64,000 nt of DNA from a virus (lineage: Duplodnaviria > Caudoviricetes), in IMG/VR virus record IMGVR_UViG_3300035501_000922. The stretch is one strand, 5' to 3'. Both the position numbers and the translations under genes were made by a program. Positions 31,875 to 41,931 of this stretch are shown in pieces; positions within the stretch are counted from its first letter, which is position 1; every line of letters starts with the position of its first letter. The notes under the pieces were generated by a model. It ran no database searches, had not been told where the DNA came from, and saw only the letters and a list, made by a program, of their open reading frames with translations.

Positions 31875-34800
31875 TTAAAAATCGTCATCTTCTAAATTAT
31901 CAAGTAATGCCTCAGTATAGTTAGAATAGAATTCATCAATTGATTCAGTATCAATATTTTCATAGTTTTCGATATATGTTTCAACCTCTTGATACGACTC
32001 ATGTATGCTAACAATATTCTCTGGGAATAACTTAGCAATATAATCAGTATGACCACCAAATATATCATAGATAGCCTGACGACAGAATAATGTAAACGTT
32101 AATTTAGCATTCTTATCATTATCAGCTACGTATAAGTAATTGCTAAGTGTATTTTCAAGCTTATCAATTTCTTTTTGAAGTTCCTTCTTAACTTCAGGTG
32201 TATAGTCGCCTGTTGCTAAATCTTTCTTAAGCATATCAATATTTACTTGAATTCTATTTTGTATTGTTCCATGACCGCCATCATTGAATAGCATTAACAG
32301 TGTTCGATTTGCCATTGCAAGGTCTGTAAGGAACTTACGAGTTGAGTTTTCCTTTAAAGAAGCATTAGCTTCTGAAACAGTTAATCCAATAGGTTTAATT
32401 AAATTGAGAGCCTCAAGTTTTGCTAATGATGAACCTATTTCACTACCATAACCATATGCACCAGCAAATGAATCAGCAAATGTTTCTCCCTTTTTCTCAG
32501 GAACTGCAATAAGATGAGAAACGGGACTCATAAGCATATAAAGAGGCATAGCCAAGAAATTTAACGGTGCAGTTATTTTTTCAAGCCCTCTTGTCAACCA
32601 TGCACCAAAATTTTTCAATGCCATACCAATCTTTTTAAATATAGGAACTGCATTAAGAATAGCTTCGATAATCTTGGTATATGCACTATATATTTTTTTT
32701 CCCGGATCAGTTGCCAAAATTACAGGCCAAGGATTAATTGACGTTCTAGTGCCATTTTGGTATACTGTACCACTTTCGGGGTCAAATACTATATTTGGTT
32801 TTATCTGTATAACAGATCGTAATGTTTTTACACAAACATTAATCGCATAATAGAAAGAGGCGTCAAAATTATGACCAATTTCATGTAATAAGATTGCCAT
32901 ATATTCTCCTGCTGTCAAATCTGCTTGACTAGCAATAGTTGAACTAGCTTGGATAAAGCAAACATGACGATGCGACTTATCATAGTAGCCCTTTTTCTTA
33001 TCTACTGCAACTATTTCTTCACCATTAAACACTAAATCAGCGCAGAATAGTGTGCCAATTGCAGGTGCTACTTTAGAGGTTCTCTTCCATGTAATAAATA
33101 CCTTATTAAAACCAAACTGTTTTTGCAACAACTGTGTAAATTTTATATTTAATGGGTGATTTGTATAGTCGGCAAGTGGATTAGCTTTCATTAACGCTAT
33201 AAGCTCACCCAGTGTTTTTTCGGCTTCGATTAGTGTACCTGATTTTCCAAAGTAAGCTTCAGTATATACGTAATCATTATCAGACTCAGTAACAACTACA
33301 CGACCTTTCCTATCTTTAGTAATAACCTTATTCTCAGATTTATTCTGGTCAGGGAGATTATCAACCCATGTTCTCAATGTCTCCATGTAGTTTTTCTTCC
33401 ATTTAGCAAATGCTTCATCAGGACTTCCATTCTTCTTATCATAAGCAATAGGAATAATATCGAGATAGTCATTATTATCTACATTTTTCCAAACCCAATG
33501 TTTCGGAGGCTTTGGGAAATCATAGTCACCATCGAACATAATGCGAGCATCAGAATATAATTTACCATAGAAAACTCCATCTCTATAGTTGTCTTCTTTT
33601 TTTCTTAAATGAACATGACCTGCAGATGAATACTTAGTTTTATAACCTTTATTATTAAGAAGCTCAATAACAGGCTTAATTTCGCTATCAATATTAGCAG
33701 CTTCAAACATATTGTCAGGTTTGTGGAGTTCTAAATACTTTAACTTATTTTCATAGGTTTTAATAGCAGTAAGATTATTAGACTCCATAGCTGCTTCAAG
33801 TTTTTCTTCTAGTTCTTCTTTGGAACTTTTTTTATCAGAATAATAACCATCCACAGCTAATAATATACTTTTAACTTGTCCATTTGAGACACGTACGCCA
33901 ATAGATTTTTCAGTACTAATGTATCCTTCATCATCTTTTTTGAGGTCTTTTATAATTGACTTTATTTTTGTAAATGACGATGGCATAACAATTGAACCAT
34001 TAATTGAAACTTCAGCGTCATCAAAGATTTCTATTGCTTCGCATTCATCATTTGAATTATAAAATACGTGACAGAATCCAAAATCATCGGTAGTGTTTTT
34101 ACTGGATTCACTTTTACGGAATTTAGAAAAATCCGACTTAATTTTTTTTGATACTTCTGACTTTTTCATACCAAATTTAATTCCATTTATACCCTTTAAT
34201 GGGTGAGCATCAATTTTAATCAAATTACCTTGTTTGTTCTTTAATTCCTTCGCTGACTCATTAACATCAACACCGTCAGTATTAAACTTTTCATCAAGTT
34301 CATCAGCAAGATTATTGAGTGCTTCTATAGTTTCAGGATCTAATCCCTTCTTTAATACACGTAATTCTTTTTCTTTTTGAATTACATTTTGTTTTAACTC
34401 ATTCATTTTTGCAGGGTCAACATGTTTGATTTTTGCTACTCGAAGTTTAGCTTTAGCTGTTGATTTGGCCATAACTGCTCTTCTAAGTTCAGAAGAAATT
34501 GCAACCCTTGTTTTAACTTTATCAGTAAAATCTTTGATTGACTTCTCTACATAATATGTATATGCATAGTCAGGATTCTGAATATATTCATGAACAGCTT
34601 CAATCTCAATATTATCAGGTAATTCTATTCCATTCAACTTTCCGTCCTCCATTTCTTTATTAAGTGTTTTTATGTCACTTACAACAGAATTGGGGTCACC
34701 AACGCCCTTTGTAGAGCCACACTGAGGAAGCATTGCACCGATAGCGAATTCATCTTTGTTTTCATCTTGCTGATTATCAGTAACATTCTTTTCCTTGGCA

Positions 34801-35645
34801 TTGTCTAGGTCCTCAGTAGCATTTTCAACAACATGATCATACTCACCAGTTATAAGAGAATAAACAGATTCTTTTGCTTCTTTTAAATATAATTCACTAT
34901 TAGGACGTACATTGATAAATATCGTAAAATAGTTATCTTTGCTAACAGTAAAATCTTTAAATTCTTTTACCGTATTCTTAACAACATTAAATACATCATT
35001 ATATGTATCTTTGTTTTGACTTCCTAAGCATAATGAATTTGGTCCACTTACCATAGAGGAACCAGAACCTTTAATGAAAGCTGTACGGCTTTTTTTAGAA
35101 ATATGAAGCTTAAAGCCAGCTTCTTCAACTGCCTTTTCTACAGCATCAAGTACAGCCTTTTTCTTCTGCGATGCACCATCAGCACTCTCATTAAATGTAT
35201 CATCATCTATAATATCTTCCATTGCTTCTTTAACAGTCTTAGGAATTTTTATAGAAAAATAGAAAATAGATCTGGGACCAAAATCTAATTCGCACTTATT
35301 TTCATACTGTCTGATAACATCCTCGGCATCTTTATTTTTTAAAGAAGATATCTTCTTTTTTACTTCTTTTTCAATATCTTCATGTTCACTTTCAAGTTTT
35401 TCTATTATATCTTTACTTTCGGGGGATTTTTCTTTAATTTTTTTAATTTTCATTTCAAGTTTAATTTTCTTTTCAATAAGTTTTTTGGTATCTTTCTTGA
35501 TGGGAAATTTGATTTTATCTCCTATAGCAGTTGTAACTACTTTTGAACCCGCAGCTCCAATTGCTGAGCCTATTAACCCGGATTCAGAGATACTCTCATC
35601 CTCATCTTTTGGTATATCATTCATGATTAAATCAAAGTAATCCAT
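31875..35645 (-). CDS. Multi-domain (polyvalent) putative internal head protein with a zincin metallopeptidase
   Basis: HEIGH (32871-32885) plus downstream 'E.FADSFA..YGYG'. 'ID.EI..VIELLN.KGY.T.YSSAGH' domain. Many hydrophobic-x-E-(S/A) sites. Late-type promoter at 35679-35690. Confidence 0.7.
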   Translation of the reverse strand: MDYFDLIMNDIPKDEDESISESGLIGSAIGAAGSKVVTTAIGDKIKFPIKKDTKKLIEKKIKLEMKIKKIKEKSPESKDIIEKLESEHEDIEKEVKKKISSLKNKDAEDVIRQYENKCELDFGPRSIFYFSIKIPKTVKEAMEDIIDDDTFNESADGASQKKKAVLDAVEKAVEEAGFKLHISKKSRTAFIKGSGSSMVSGPNSLCLGSQNKDTYNDVFNVVKNTVKEFKDFTVSKDNYFTIFINVRPNSELYLKEAKESVYSLITGEYDHVVENATEDLDNAKEKNVTDNQQDENKDEFAIGAMLPQCGSTKGVGDPNSVVSDIKTLNKEMEDGKLNGIELPDNIEIEAVHEYIQNPDYAYTYYVEKSIKDFTDKVKTRVAISSELRRAVMAKSTAKAKLRVAKIKHVDPAKMNELKQNVIQKEKELRVLKKGLDPETIEALNNLADELDEKFNTDGVDVNESAKELKNKQGNLIKIDAHPLKGINGIKFGMKKSEVSKKIKSDFSKFRKSESSKNTTDDFGFCHVFYNSNDECEAIEIFDDAEVSINGSIVMPSSFTKIKSIIKDLKKDDEGYISTEKSIGVRVSNGQVKSILLAVDGYYSDKKSSKEELEEKLEAAMESNNLTAIKTYENKLKYLELHKPDNMFEAANIDSEIKPVIELLNNKGYKTKYSSAGHVHLRKKEDNYRDGVFYGKLYSDARIMFDGDYDFPKPPKHWVWKNVDNNDYLDIIPIAYDKKNGSPDEAFAKWKKNYMETLRTWVDNLPDQNKSENKVITKDRKGRVVVTESDNDYVYTEAYFGKSGTLIEAEKTLGELIALMKANPLADYTNHPLNIKFTQLLQKQFGFNKVFITWKRTSKVAPAIGTLFCADLVFNGEEIVAVDKKKGYYDKSHRHVCFIQASSTIASQADLTAGEYMAILLHEIGHNFDASFYYAINVCVKTLRSVIQIKPNIVFDPESGTVYQNGTRTSINPWPVILATDPGKKIYSAYTKIIEAILNAVPIFKKIGMALKNFGAWLTRGLEKITAPLNFLAMPLYMLMSPVSHLIAVPEKKGETFADSFAGAYGYGSEIGSSLAKLEALNLIKPIGLTVSEANASLKENSTRKFLTDLAMANRTLLMLFNDGGHGTIQNRIQVNIDMLKKDLATGDYTPEVKKELQKEIDKLENTLSNYLYVADNDKNAKLTFTLFCRQAIYDIFGGHTDYIAKLFPENIVSIHESYQEVETYIENYENIDTESIDEFYSNYTEALLDNLEDDDF

Positions 35646-35705
35646 TGATTAATCAGTCCTTTCTATATAAATTTATCTTAAATACTTGTTTTTTATACAG
35701 ACAAA

Positions 35706-38156
35706 TTAGGGTTCACAAATATCAGTAAGATCCTTTACTATTTTAACTATTATATTAGTATATAGCATAGTAATATATCTCGTTAGTGCTTTCATACGTG
35801 CAGATTGAAATTCATCGGTTGATTTCGGAATAAGACTTTTTAGATTAACAATATTTCTTTTATATTTTTTTTGTATTTTCTTATAATCATCCAAGTATTT
35901 ATTAAACATCATTAATTTATCTTGTACTTCGCTATTATTTTTACAAAGTTTGATTTCATTTACATAAGAAACACACCACTGATATTTACTTATGATATCT
36001 TTTATATCATCATTAATTTTTTTCTGCTGTATATTCTTATATTTTGAAGCTATATCTTTATCTGATATTTTTTTAGATAAATCCAATAGGTTATTCCCTA
36101 TATCTGATAAACCATTTAAATATAATGATATTTCTTTTATGGCATTTTTATTATCTTCTTTATACCGATTACTTATTTGATTAGATAGCTCTTTACCAGC
36201 ATTATATACAGCGTCAAGTTCAGTCCTATTCTTATCAATTTTTAAGTATTGAATTAATCGGTTACGTTCACCAACTGATGATGACGATATGCCGAATTTT
36301 TGCATTGCTTTAATAATATTTTTAGCAAGTTCTTCTTCGTGTTTTTTGTCAACTCTGTTAAAGAGTCTAATAGCATATAAAACATGTTTTTTGTCATTTA
36401 ATGGGTATTTTCGTAATTTGGGTATACCATACATCTCACTATCAATGATATTACGTTTTTTTGCCGAAGATGCCATTTCATATGTAACATGTTCTCTATT
36501 ATTTTTATCTACATATGGGACATACTCTTTTGTGTCTTTATCCATGCGCTTTAATTTCTGCTTCATAAATTTTGATGCATCTGAGTAATCATCATTTTTA
36601 TCAGCTACACCCGGTTTACCGTATGTTTCAAGCCAATGGAATTTCCATCTATAGTGTTCAGCGCTTTTTTCATTATTTTTGCCATATGTAAATTTACGTC
36701 CTTGTTCATTAAAAGCCCCATCTAATTCTATTTTCCCCACGCATTTAACCTTTATTGGTTGTTTTACCCATACTTCATGGGTAACCTTACAGTCAGGTAC
36801 TTCATCCGTTGATGGTACGTAGTATTTGATACTATTATTGAAAGCTTCATGAACATACAATTCAAGTCCTTTTTCACGTTTGGGCAATGCCATTACTGCA
36901 CCCATTAAAACAGTATAGAAGCATACCCTTCGTGTCTTACTATCTTCGAAATTATTTTGGGTAAGATAATTATTTGGTATTTTAGGTACTAACATGTGTC
37001 CATCACAATTTTTACTAGATAAATAGAATATCTTATGACCCAATTCTTTAGCGGTTTCTTTTATAACTTGCTCTTCAGGTTCAGTACAGCAGGCAGTTAC
37101 AAATTTTTGTAGACTCATTCCTGTTTTTACATTTTTCATTGTAGTTATATTAAATTCTGGATATTTTGGATTATACTGCCACTTAGACTTTATATCATTT
37201 TTTAAATCATCAAGTGTTTGATATGGTCCTGTAATACCACTATAATTTTCCCATGCATTTTCAAACCAATAGTATTTTTTGTCTTTAATAAAGTATAATA
37301 AAGAATGAGTTGCTCCACCCTGATTACCGTCAGACTCAATCATGAATAAACAATCACACTTAATATGAAGCTTATTAAAAACATACTTTTCGAATATTAC
37401 TTGGTCATGACAACTTCCACTACGTGTTTTATAAACTTCTTCAGCCGATTTAAGCTTATTAAAATTTGCATATCGTATATTATTTTTCATCCATTGTGAT
37501 AAATCATCAGGTGTCCTAATACGATTTTTAATAAATTTATTTATGTTCTCTTCATATATAGATGCAGACTCAGCTATTACCTCATTCTCACCGATGTTAT
37601 TCTTTAAATACCATATCAAAGCTTCTCTATGCTCATCTTTAAAGAATTTTAAACATTGCTTAACTGGATAAAATTTACCACTTAGTATAAATGGGTCTTT
37701 ATCAACTTTCTCAATTTCTCCTTTATATAAAGAATCATATTGAGCGACATAGATATCTGTATAACTAGCATCCCAGTAAACCATCTTATCGTTTACCTTC
37801 ATACTATGTGGAGGTTTATGAATAACTTTATATGATATACCAGTAGCTTCAATATTCCGAATATTAATTCTTGCTTCTTCTTGGCATTCATTCGTTGCTT
37901 GAATAATATCAGGTACATCTTTCTCTTTTGAACCACCTGGAAGGAAGTATTCTCCATTAGGTTTCTTCTTAACAAAAACTTCCCTATTATTTTTTACAAT
38001 AATAGTTTCAACACGTCCACGATATAAATGATTATCAAAAGGAAATGTCATTATGGAATTCCATACACCTGTAACTCCATAAAACCCGTTTTCTGATATA
38101 ATTTTAGAAATGAACTCAGGGTCGTGTCCAAATCTATCGAATTTTGTTTTATTCAT
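35706..38156 (-). CDS. Multi-domain (polyvalent) protein: NUDIX, transglutaminase-like, ART-like and DUF6582-like domains
   Basis: NUDIX box 'LPGG..E........NECQEEA'. 'GSCHDQ...THS...WFE' Cys-His pattern. 'RVCF...HEVW' ART-like. 'YGIP..RKYPLNDKKHV..AI..F' DUF6582-like. Confidence 0.65.
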   Translation of the reverse strand: MNKTKFDRFGHDPEFISKIISENGFYGVTGVWNSIMTFPFDNHLYRGRVETIIVKNNREVFVKKKPNGEYFLPGGSKEKDVPDIIQATNECQEEARINIRNIEATGISYKVIHKPPHSMKVNDKMVYWDASYTDIYVAQYDSLYKGEIEKVDKDPFILSGKFYPVKQCLKFFKDEHREALIWYLKNNIGENEVIAESASIYEENINKFIKNRIRTPDDLSQWMKNNIRYANFNKLKSAEEVYKTRSGSCHDQVIFEKYVFNKLHIKCDCLFMIESDGNQGGATHSLLYFIKDKKYYWFENAWENYSGITGPYQTLDDLKNDIKSKWQYNPKYPEFNITTMKNVKTGMSLQKFVTACCTEPEEQVIKETAKELGHKIFYLSSKNCDGHMLVPKIPNNYLTQNNFEDSKTRRVCFYTVLMGAVMALPKREKGLELYVHEAFNNSIKYYVPSTDEVPDCKVTHEVWVKQPIKVKCVGKIELDGAFNEQGRKFTYGKNNEKSAEHYRWKFHWLETYGKPGVADKNDDYSDASKFMKQKLKRMDKDTKEYVPYVDKNNREHVTYEMASSAKKRNIIDSEMYGIPKLRKYPLNDKKHVLYAIRLFNRVDKKHEEELAKNIIKAMQKFGISSSSVGERNRLIQYLKIDKNRTELDAVYNAGKELSNQISNRYKEDNKNAIKEISLYLNGLSDIGNNLLDLSKKISDKDIASKYKNIQQKKINDDIKDIISKYQWCVSYVNEIKLCKNNSEVQDKLMMFNKYLDDYKKIQKKYKRNIVNLKSLIPKSTDEFQSARMKALTRYITMLYTNIIVKIVKDLTDICEP

Positions 38157-38211
38157 TATCGTTTCACTCCTTTAATAAAAAAATATTTATATTATTGTGC
38201 TTTAATTAAAA

Positions 38212-38242
38212 AAAGTGATGTAGGACTACCTACATCACTTTA
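38212..38242 (-). terminator. Intrinsic terminator
   Basis: aaagtgatgtagg/cctacatcacttt. Confidence 0.75.
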
Positions 38243-38245
38243 TTT

Positions 38246-38776
38246 TTATTCATTGATTAAATAGCACAAAACTTCATCATGGTCATCCATTAATGCTATT
38301 GCATGAGCACTTATAGCATTAAAGATACCACCACAAACATTGCGTGCATTCTTTTCAGTCGATGTTAATTCACGATTTCTGTCTTTGATAAGATTTGCAA
38401 AATCTGCGAAGGGGATAGAAATCCCTCTGAGTTTATCGTTGTTACTATCTTTATACAACGGCTCCTGCATTATGCCATGATATGTCTTACTGATTAAATC
38501 ATAGTCTATTGCTCCACAGTTGAATGTAAACAGTACATTCGCCACACGGTGTAAGCAAAGCTCGCCTGCAAATACCAGATTGTTCATATTAATACCATAC
38601 AGATTCTTTTTGCTCTTTGCATACCCTTCAACGTTATAAAAGGGTACAGTATACTTATTATTTATAGTTACCCCCATGAAAAACATTGACATATCAATCA
38701 TACGAATGTACGAATTCAAGAGTCTGCCTTTCTTGCTTAATACGTACAGGTCAGACTCATTTACCGCCTTTCTCAT
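38246..38776 (-). CDS. Hypothetical protein
   Basis: 176-aa ORF, RBS GAGGAGG, overlapping the upstream gene. Confidence 0.65.
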   Translation of the reverse strand: MRKAVNESDLYVLSKKGRLLNSYIRMIDMSMFFMGVTINNKYTVPFYNVEGYAKSKKNLYGINMNNLVFAGELCLHRVANVLFTFNCGAIDYDLISKTYHGIMQEPLYKDSNNDKLRGISIPFADFANLIKDRNRELTSTEKNARNVCGGIFNAISAHAIALMDDHDEVLCYLINE

Positions 38777-39254
38777 TTAAACATTCCTCCTCACTCGTTA
38801 TATTCCATATGCCATCATTATAAAAATATGGCTGATAATCTAATTCCATTTGTTTTAATGTAGATAGCTCTGGAACAAATTCTGATTCATCTTTTATAAT
38901 TTTATCCATAATTTTTATGGTTTTCTTAATAGCTTTTAATTCATCATGTGAAAACTCATAAACTTCCATCATTCTCATAAGTATATCTTTTACGTATGTG
39001 TGGTCATACACATATTCATCTGATAGTAATTGAAGATAGACAAGATAACCACACTGTACATACGTTTCATTATACCGTACAAGATATAAATCGTCGAAGT
39101 CATTTAACTTACGACATTTCTTATTTTTTATTTTGCATATTGTAAGTTTAACATCATGGTGTTTCCTTATAAGTTCACAATAAGATTTTACGACACGATA
39201 TTCATCATGAAATGCTATTACGTGTTTACCATCAAATGCACCATACATAATCAC
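38757..39254 (-). CDS. Hypothetical protein
   Basis: 165-aa ORF in an operon with its neighbours. Confidence 0.65.
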   Translation of the reverse strand: MIMYGAFDGKHVIAFHDEYRVVKSYCELIRKHHDVKLTICKIKNKKCRKLNDFDDLYLVRYNETYVQCGYLVYLQLLSDEYVYDHTYVKDILMRMMEVYEFSHDELKAIKKTIKIMDKIIKDESEFVPELSTLKQMELDYQPYFYNDGIWNITSEEECLNEKGGK

Positions 39255-39262
39255 AACTCCGT

Positions 39263-39700
39263 TTATGAGATTTTAACTGCCATATTATAACAGTTAGTAA
39301 GCTTCTGCAATGTTTCAGGTTTAATATGAAGCTTTACAGGTTCAAAGCTCAGTATTGCTAAAATCAGTGATGCAATCAGTCTACTGATTATTACAACTAT
39401 TGGAACAATATCAGCAAACAATCTTTGTACACGGTCCAAAAGATTTGTTCCCTCAATCTCTCTGATAACTTCTTTTCTTGCTTCGAGTCTTTCATTAGAA
39501 GTAGCAAAGTAATTCGGGTCTTTTTTAATCTTCTTTTTTGCTTTTTTCCTTGCCTGTTGTTCAGCAAGATTCAACTGTAACTGCATTTCTTGAATTTCTT
39601 CAAGAATGTTATCATAGGTCTTATTGAGATTCTTATCAACCTCATTTAAGATTGATATACTCTTTTTAGCTTTTTTCTTTTTTGACATTTTTAACAACAT
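39263..39700 (-). CDS. Hypothetical basic protein with a hydrophobic C-terminal segment (start probably the MSKKKK Met)
   Basis: RBS GAAAGGA, coiled coil, 'IVPIVVIISRLIASLILAILS' segment. Early-type promoter at 39767-39778 (-). Confidence 0.65.
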   Translation of the reverse strand: MLLKMSKKKKAKKSISILNEVDKNLNKTYDNILEEIQEMQLQLNLAEQQARKKAKKKIKKDPNYFATSNERLEARKEVIREIEGTNLLDRVQRLFADIVPIVVIISRLIASLILAILSFEPVKLHIKPETLQKLTNCYNMAVKIS

Positions 39701-40120
39701 CCTTTCATTTATATATAGTATAATTAGAAATCTCTTTTTATCGTTTAAAAGAGAGTATTCTAAAAATATAATATATAAATATAAATTAGAATTCGAAATA
39801 AAATTTTATTATAAAAACATTTTAGTAATATATGTGGGTAAGGGGGAACCCCAAGAGTTAAATTGGATAATGTTGGGGAACATAGAAAAAGATAGAAGAA
39901 GAATCATATTGATTGAATAATATATGAGAAAAATAATAGATTAAATATATAATAATAGGAGTAGATATATACAAAAATGTATATATCTACTTTTTAACAT
40001 TTATTTAAATAAAAGTCTTGCATTTTTAATTCTCCTTTCAGAATATATAAAGATGAATAGATATAGTAATATTACTATATCTATTCATCTTCGTTTTATC
40101 CGTAAAGTCAGATTTTTCAA

Positions 40121-40132
40121 TTATACATTATT
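40121..40132 (+). promoter_or_regulatory. Early-type promoter TTATACATTATT
   Basis: Motif copy upstream of the small 40239 gene. Confidence 0.6.
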
Positions 40133-40238
40133 TTTGTGTAATCGGATATGAAATACATAAAACGATTACAACAATGAAAAATAGGTCGCCTGAACCTAGT
40201 CAAAAGAAAGGCATTGAAATACTGTAGGAGGTATTTAT

Positions 40239-40412
40239 ATGGGAAACGTTAATGCTACAAACGAAAACGCAAAGGAAATCAGAAAAACTGTGAATGCGGT
40301 TATTAAGGCAACTCTTGCCAGCGTCTTTATTGGCGCGTCGGTAATGGAGCTGAGCTACAACATCCGTAAGGTCATGTTGTGGCTCGAGGAGGACCTTGAG
40401 GATAGCAAGTAA
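40239..40412 (+). CDS. Small monocistronic protein (57 aa), not in the ORF track
   Basis: Perfect RBS AGGAGG, MGNVNATNENAKEIRKTVNAVIKATLASVFIGASVMELSYNIRKVMLWLEEDLEDSK*, own promoter and terminator. Confidence 0.75.
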   Translation: MGNVNATNENAKEIRKTVNAVIKATLASVFIGASVMELSYNIRKVMLWLEEDLEDSK

Positions 40413-40459
40413 AAAAAAATAAGCGGAGTAAGTATTGAACTTACTCCGCTTATTTTTTT
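40413..40459. terminator. Bidirectional terminator
   Basis: aaaaataagcggagtaagt/acttactccgcttattttt between convergent genes. Confidence 0.85.
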
Positions 40460-41682
40460 TATTGTAATAATAAAAATGCTGTTTTTGAATTCTTTTTTAT
40501 CTCTTCTAGAATATGAATTATTTCAAGTGTTAAATAATTCTTGTCATCTCCATATATCTTATCTTCAAGTATAGCTTTTTCATATTTTAATAACGTAGAC
40601 GAAATCTCATCTAATGATATTTTCATACCAAATTTGAATGAAGAATTTAAAGGTACATAATTATACTTAATAAGTAAATTCTCTGTTTTTTTAGATACTT
40701 CATTTCTCATCGTTACAATATTAGTTAGTTTACTACCAAGTCTGATTGTATACTTATCCAATCCATCTGGAATTAATAACTTATGTTCAGGCATAAACAG
40801 TGTCTTCACATCTTGGTTATCTATAAAGAATTTGGATGGAAGAGCCAAGAACATCTCTAGGAACGCATAAAAACTGCTATTAACTACAAAGTATAATTCA
40901 GTAGATTTAAACTGTAAACCTCTAATATCATTTGGAATATCAGAGAAAGCTACTTTACAATTCTGAAGTTGTTCTTCAATATCTTCATTATCACCAAAAA
41001 ATGACAAATTACCATATGGTGTGAATATATTTGACATACTCACGTTAGTCCTATTGTCATCAATATAATTGTAATAGTTGGCATTAATATATGAATCAGA
41101 TACTAAGTCAATATTAGTAACAAAATTATTCATATACTTATAAAAGTTTTTAAGGAACTCTTCTACTACTGCATTTTCTAGTTTTTCATAATCTGGAATA
41201 AAACTTGGAAATTCACTATCTTTCTCAATTTCAAATGTATTTTTAAAGAATAAATCTGGAAGGACTCCAAATAAACTACAGAGAGAATTGCCGGTGAATG
41301 ATACGATTATATCTTTAATGACACATCCAGATGGTAAGAAGAACTGACCAACTGTAAAATCAATATCATCATCATTAGATATTAAATCTGAGAGTTGAGC
41401 CATGTCGGATACAGTTTTTTTATATTCATCACCGGCAAGTTCAATATCGTATGAACTACTAAGTGTAATTAGATTATCCGAATTACTCAGCATTTTCATT
41501 ATGAATAATTCAAAGATGGAAACATCGGTAATTATCATTGAGACCGCAGTATGAGACATGAGTTTATTCATGTTCTTACCCACTTCACGATTAAACTGTG
41601 TATTATTTTTTCCAATTGCTATTGCTTCATACAGTTTATCTATATTAGAAAAATGAACATTTTTTACAATCATTTTATTCAC
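40459..41682 (-). CDS. Hypothetical protein, possibly a degenerate tandem ThyX-like fold
   Basis: 407-aa ORF. Weak resemblance only (H-x-x-x-S-M-x-I-x-DVS; LP/VP-containing strands). Confidence 0.5.
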   Translation of the reverse strand: MNKMIVKNVHFSNIDKLYEAIAIGKNNTQFNREVGKNMNKLMSHTAVSMIITDVSIFELFIMKMLSNSDNLITLSSSYDIELAGDEYKKTVSDMAQLSDLISNDDDIDFTVGQFFLPSGCVIKDIIVSFTGNSLCSLFGVLPDLFFKNTFEIEKDSEFPSFIPDYEKLENAVVEEFLKNFYKYMNNFVTNIDLVSDSYINANYYNYIDDNRTNVSMSNIFTPYGNLSFFGDNEDIEEQLQNCKVAFSDIPNDIRGLQFKSTELYFVVNSSFYAFLEMFLALPSKFFIDNQDVKTLFMPEHKLLIPDGLDKYTIRLGSKLTNIVTMRNEVSKKTENLLIKYNYVPLNSSFKFGMKISLDEISSTLLKYEKAILEDKIYGDDKNYLTLEIIHILEEIKKNSKTAFLLLQ

Positions 41683-41833
41683 CTTCTCCTTGCTCTACAA
41701 TTTTTTTACATGTCATTGTTCCGTCTTCATAAATAAGGTTTGGACATTTATTACATTTCTTCATAGACTCTTCAGATTCTGCGAAGTATGTAGAAATCTC
41801 CGAATCATTATAGTTATTTAAACAATCATTCAT
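41675..41833 (-). CDS. Small Cys-containing protein (52 aa), not in the ORF track
   Basis: RBS GAAAGGATG, MNDCLNN...KKCNKCPNL...TCKK...EGE*. Overlaps the start of the 407-aa gene. Confidence 0.6.
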   Translation of the reverse strand: MNDCLNNYNDSEISTYFAESEESMKKCNKCPNLIYEDGTMTCKKIVEQGEGE

Positions 41834-41885
41834 TTTAAAACATCCTTTCATGAATATAATTTTTATTTAAACGTCAAATAATTAA

Positions 41886-41897
41886 TTATATATTATT
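41886..41897 (+). promoter_or_regulatory. Early-type promoter TTATATATTATT
   Basis: Upstream of the operon starting at 41932. Confidence 0.65.
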
Positions 41898-41931
41898 TCT
41901 TTATAATAAAAAAGAAAGTGAGGATATTACT

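Noticed and set aside
39624-39920. 98-aa plus-strand ORF
   Set aside because: It overlaps a real minus-strand gene and promoter-rich AT sequence, and has no RBS.
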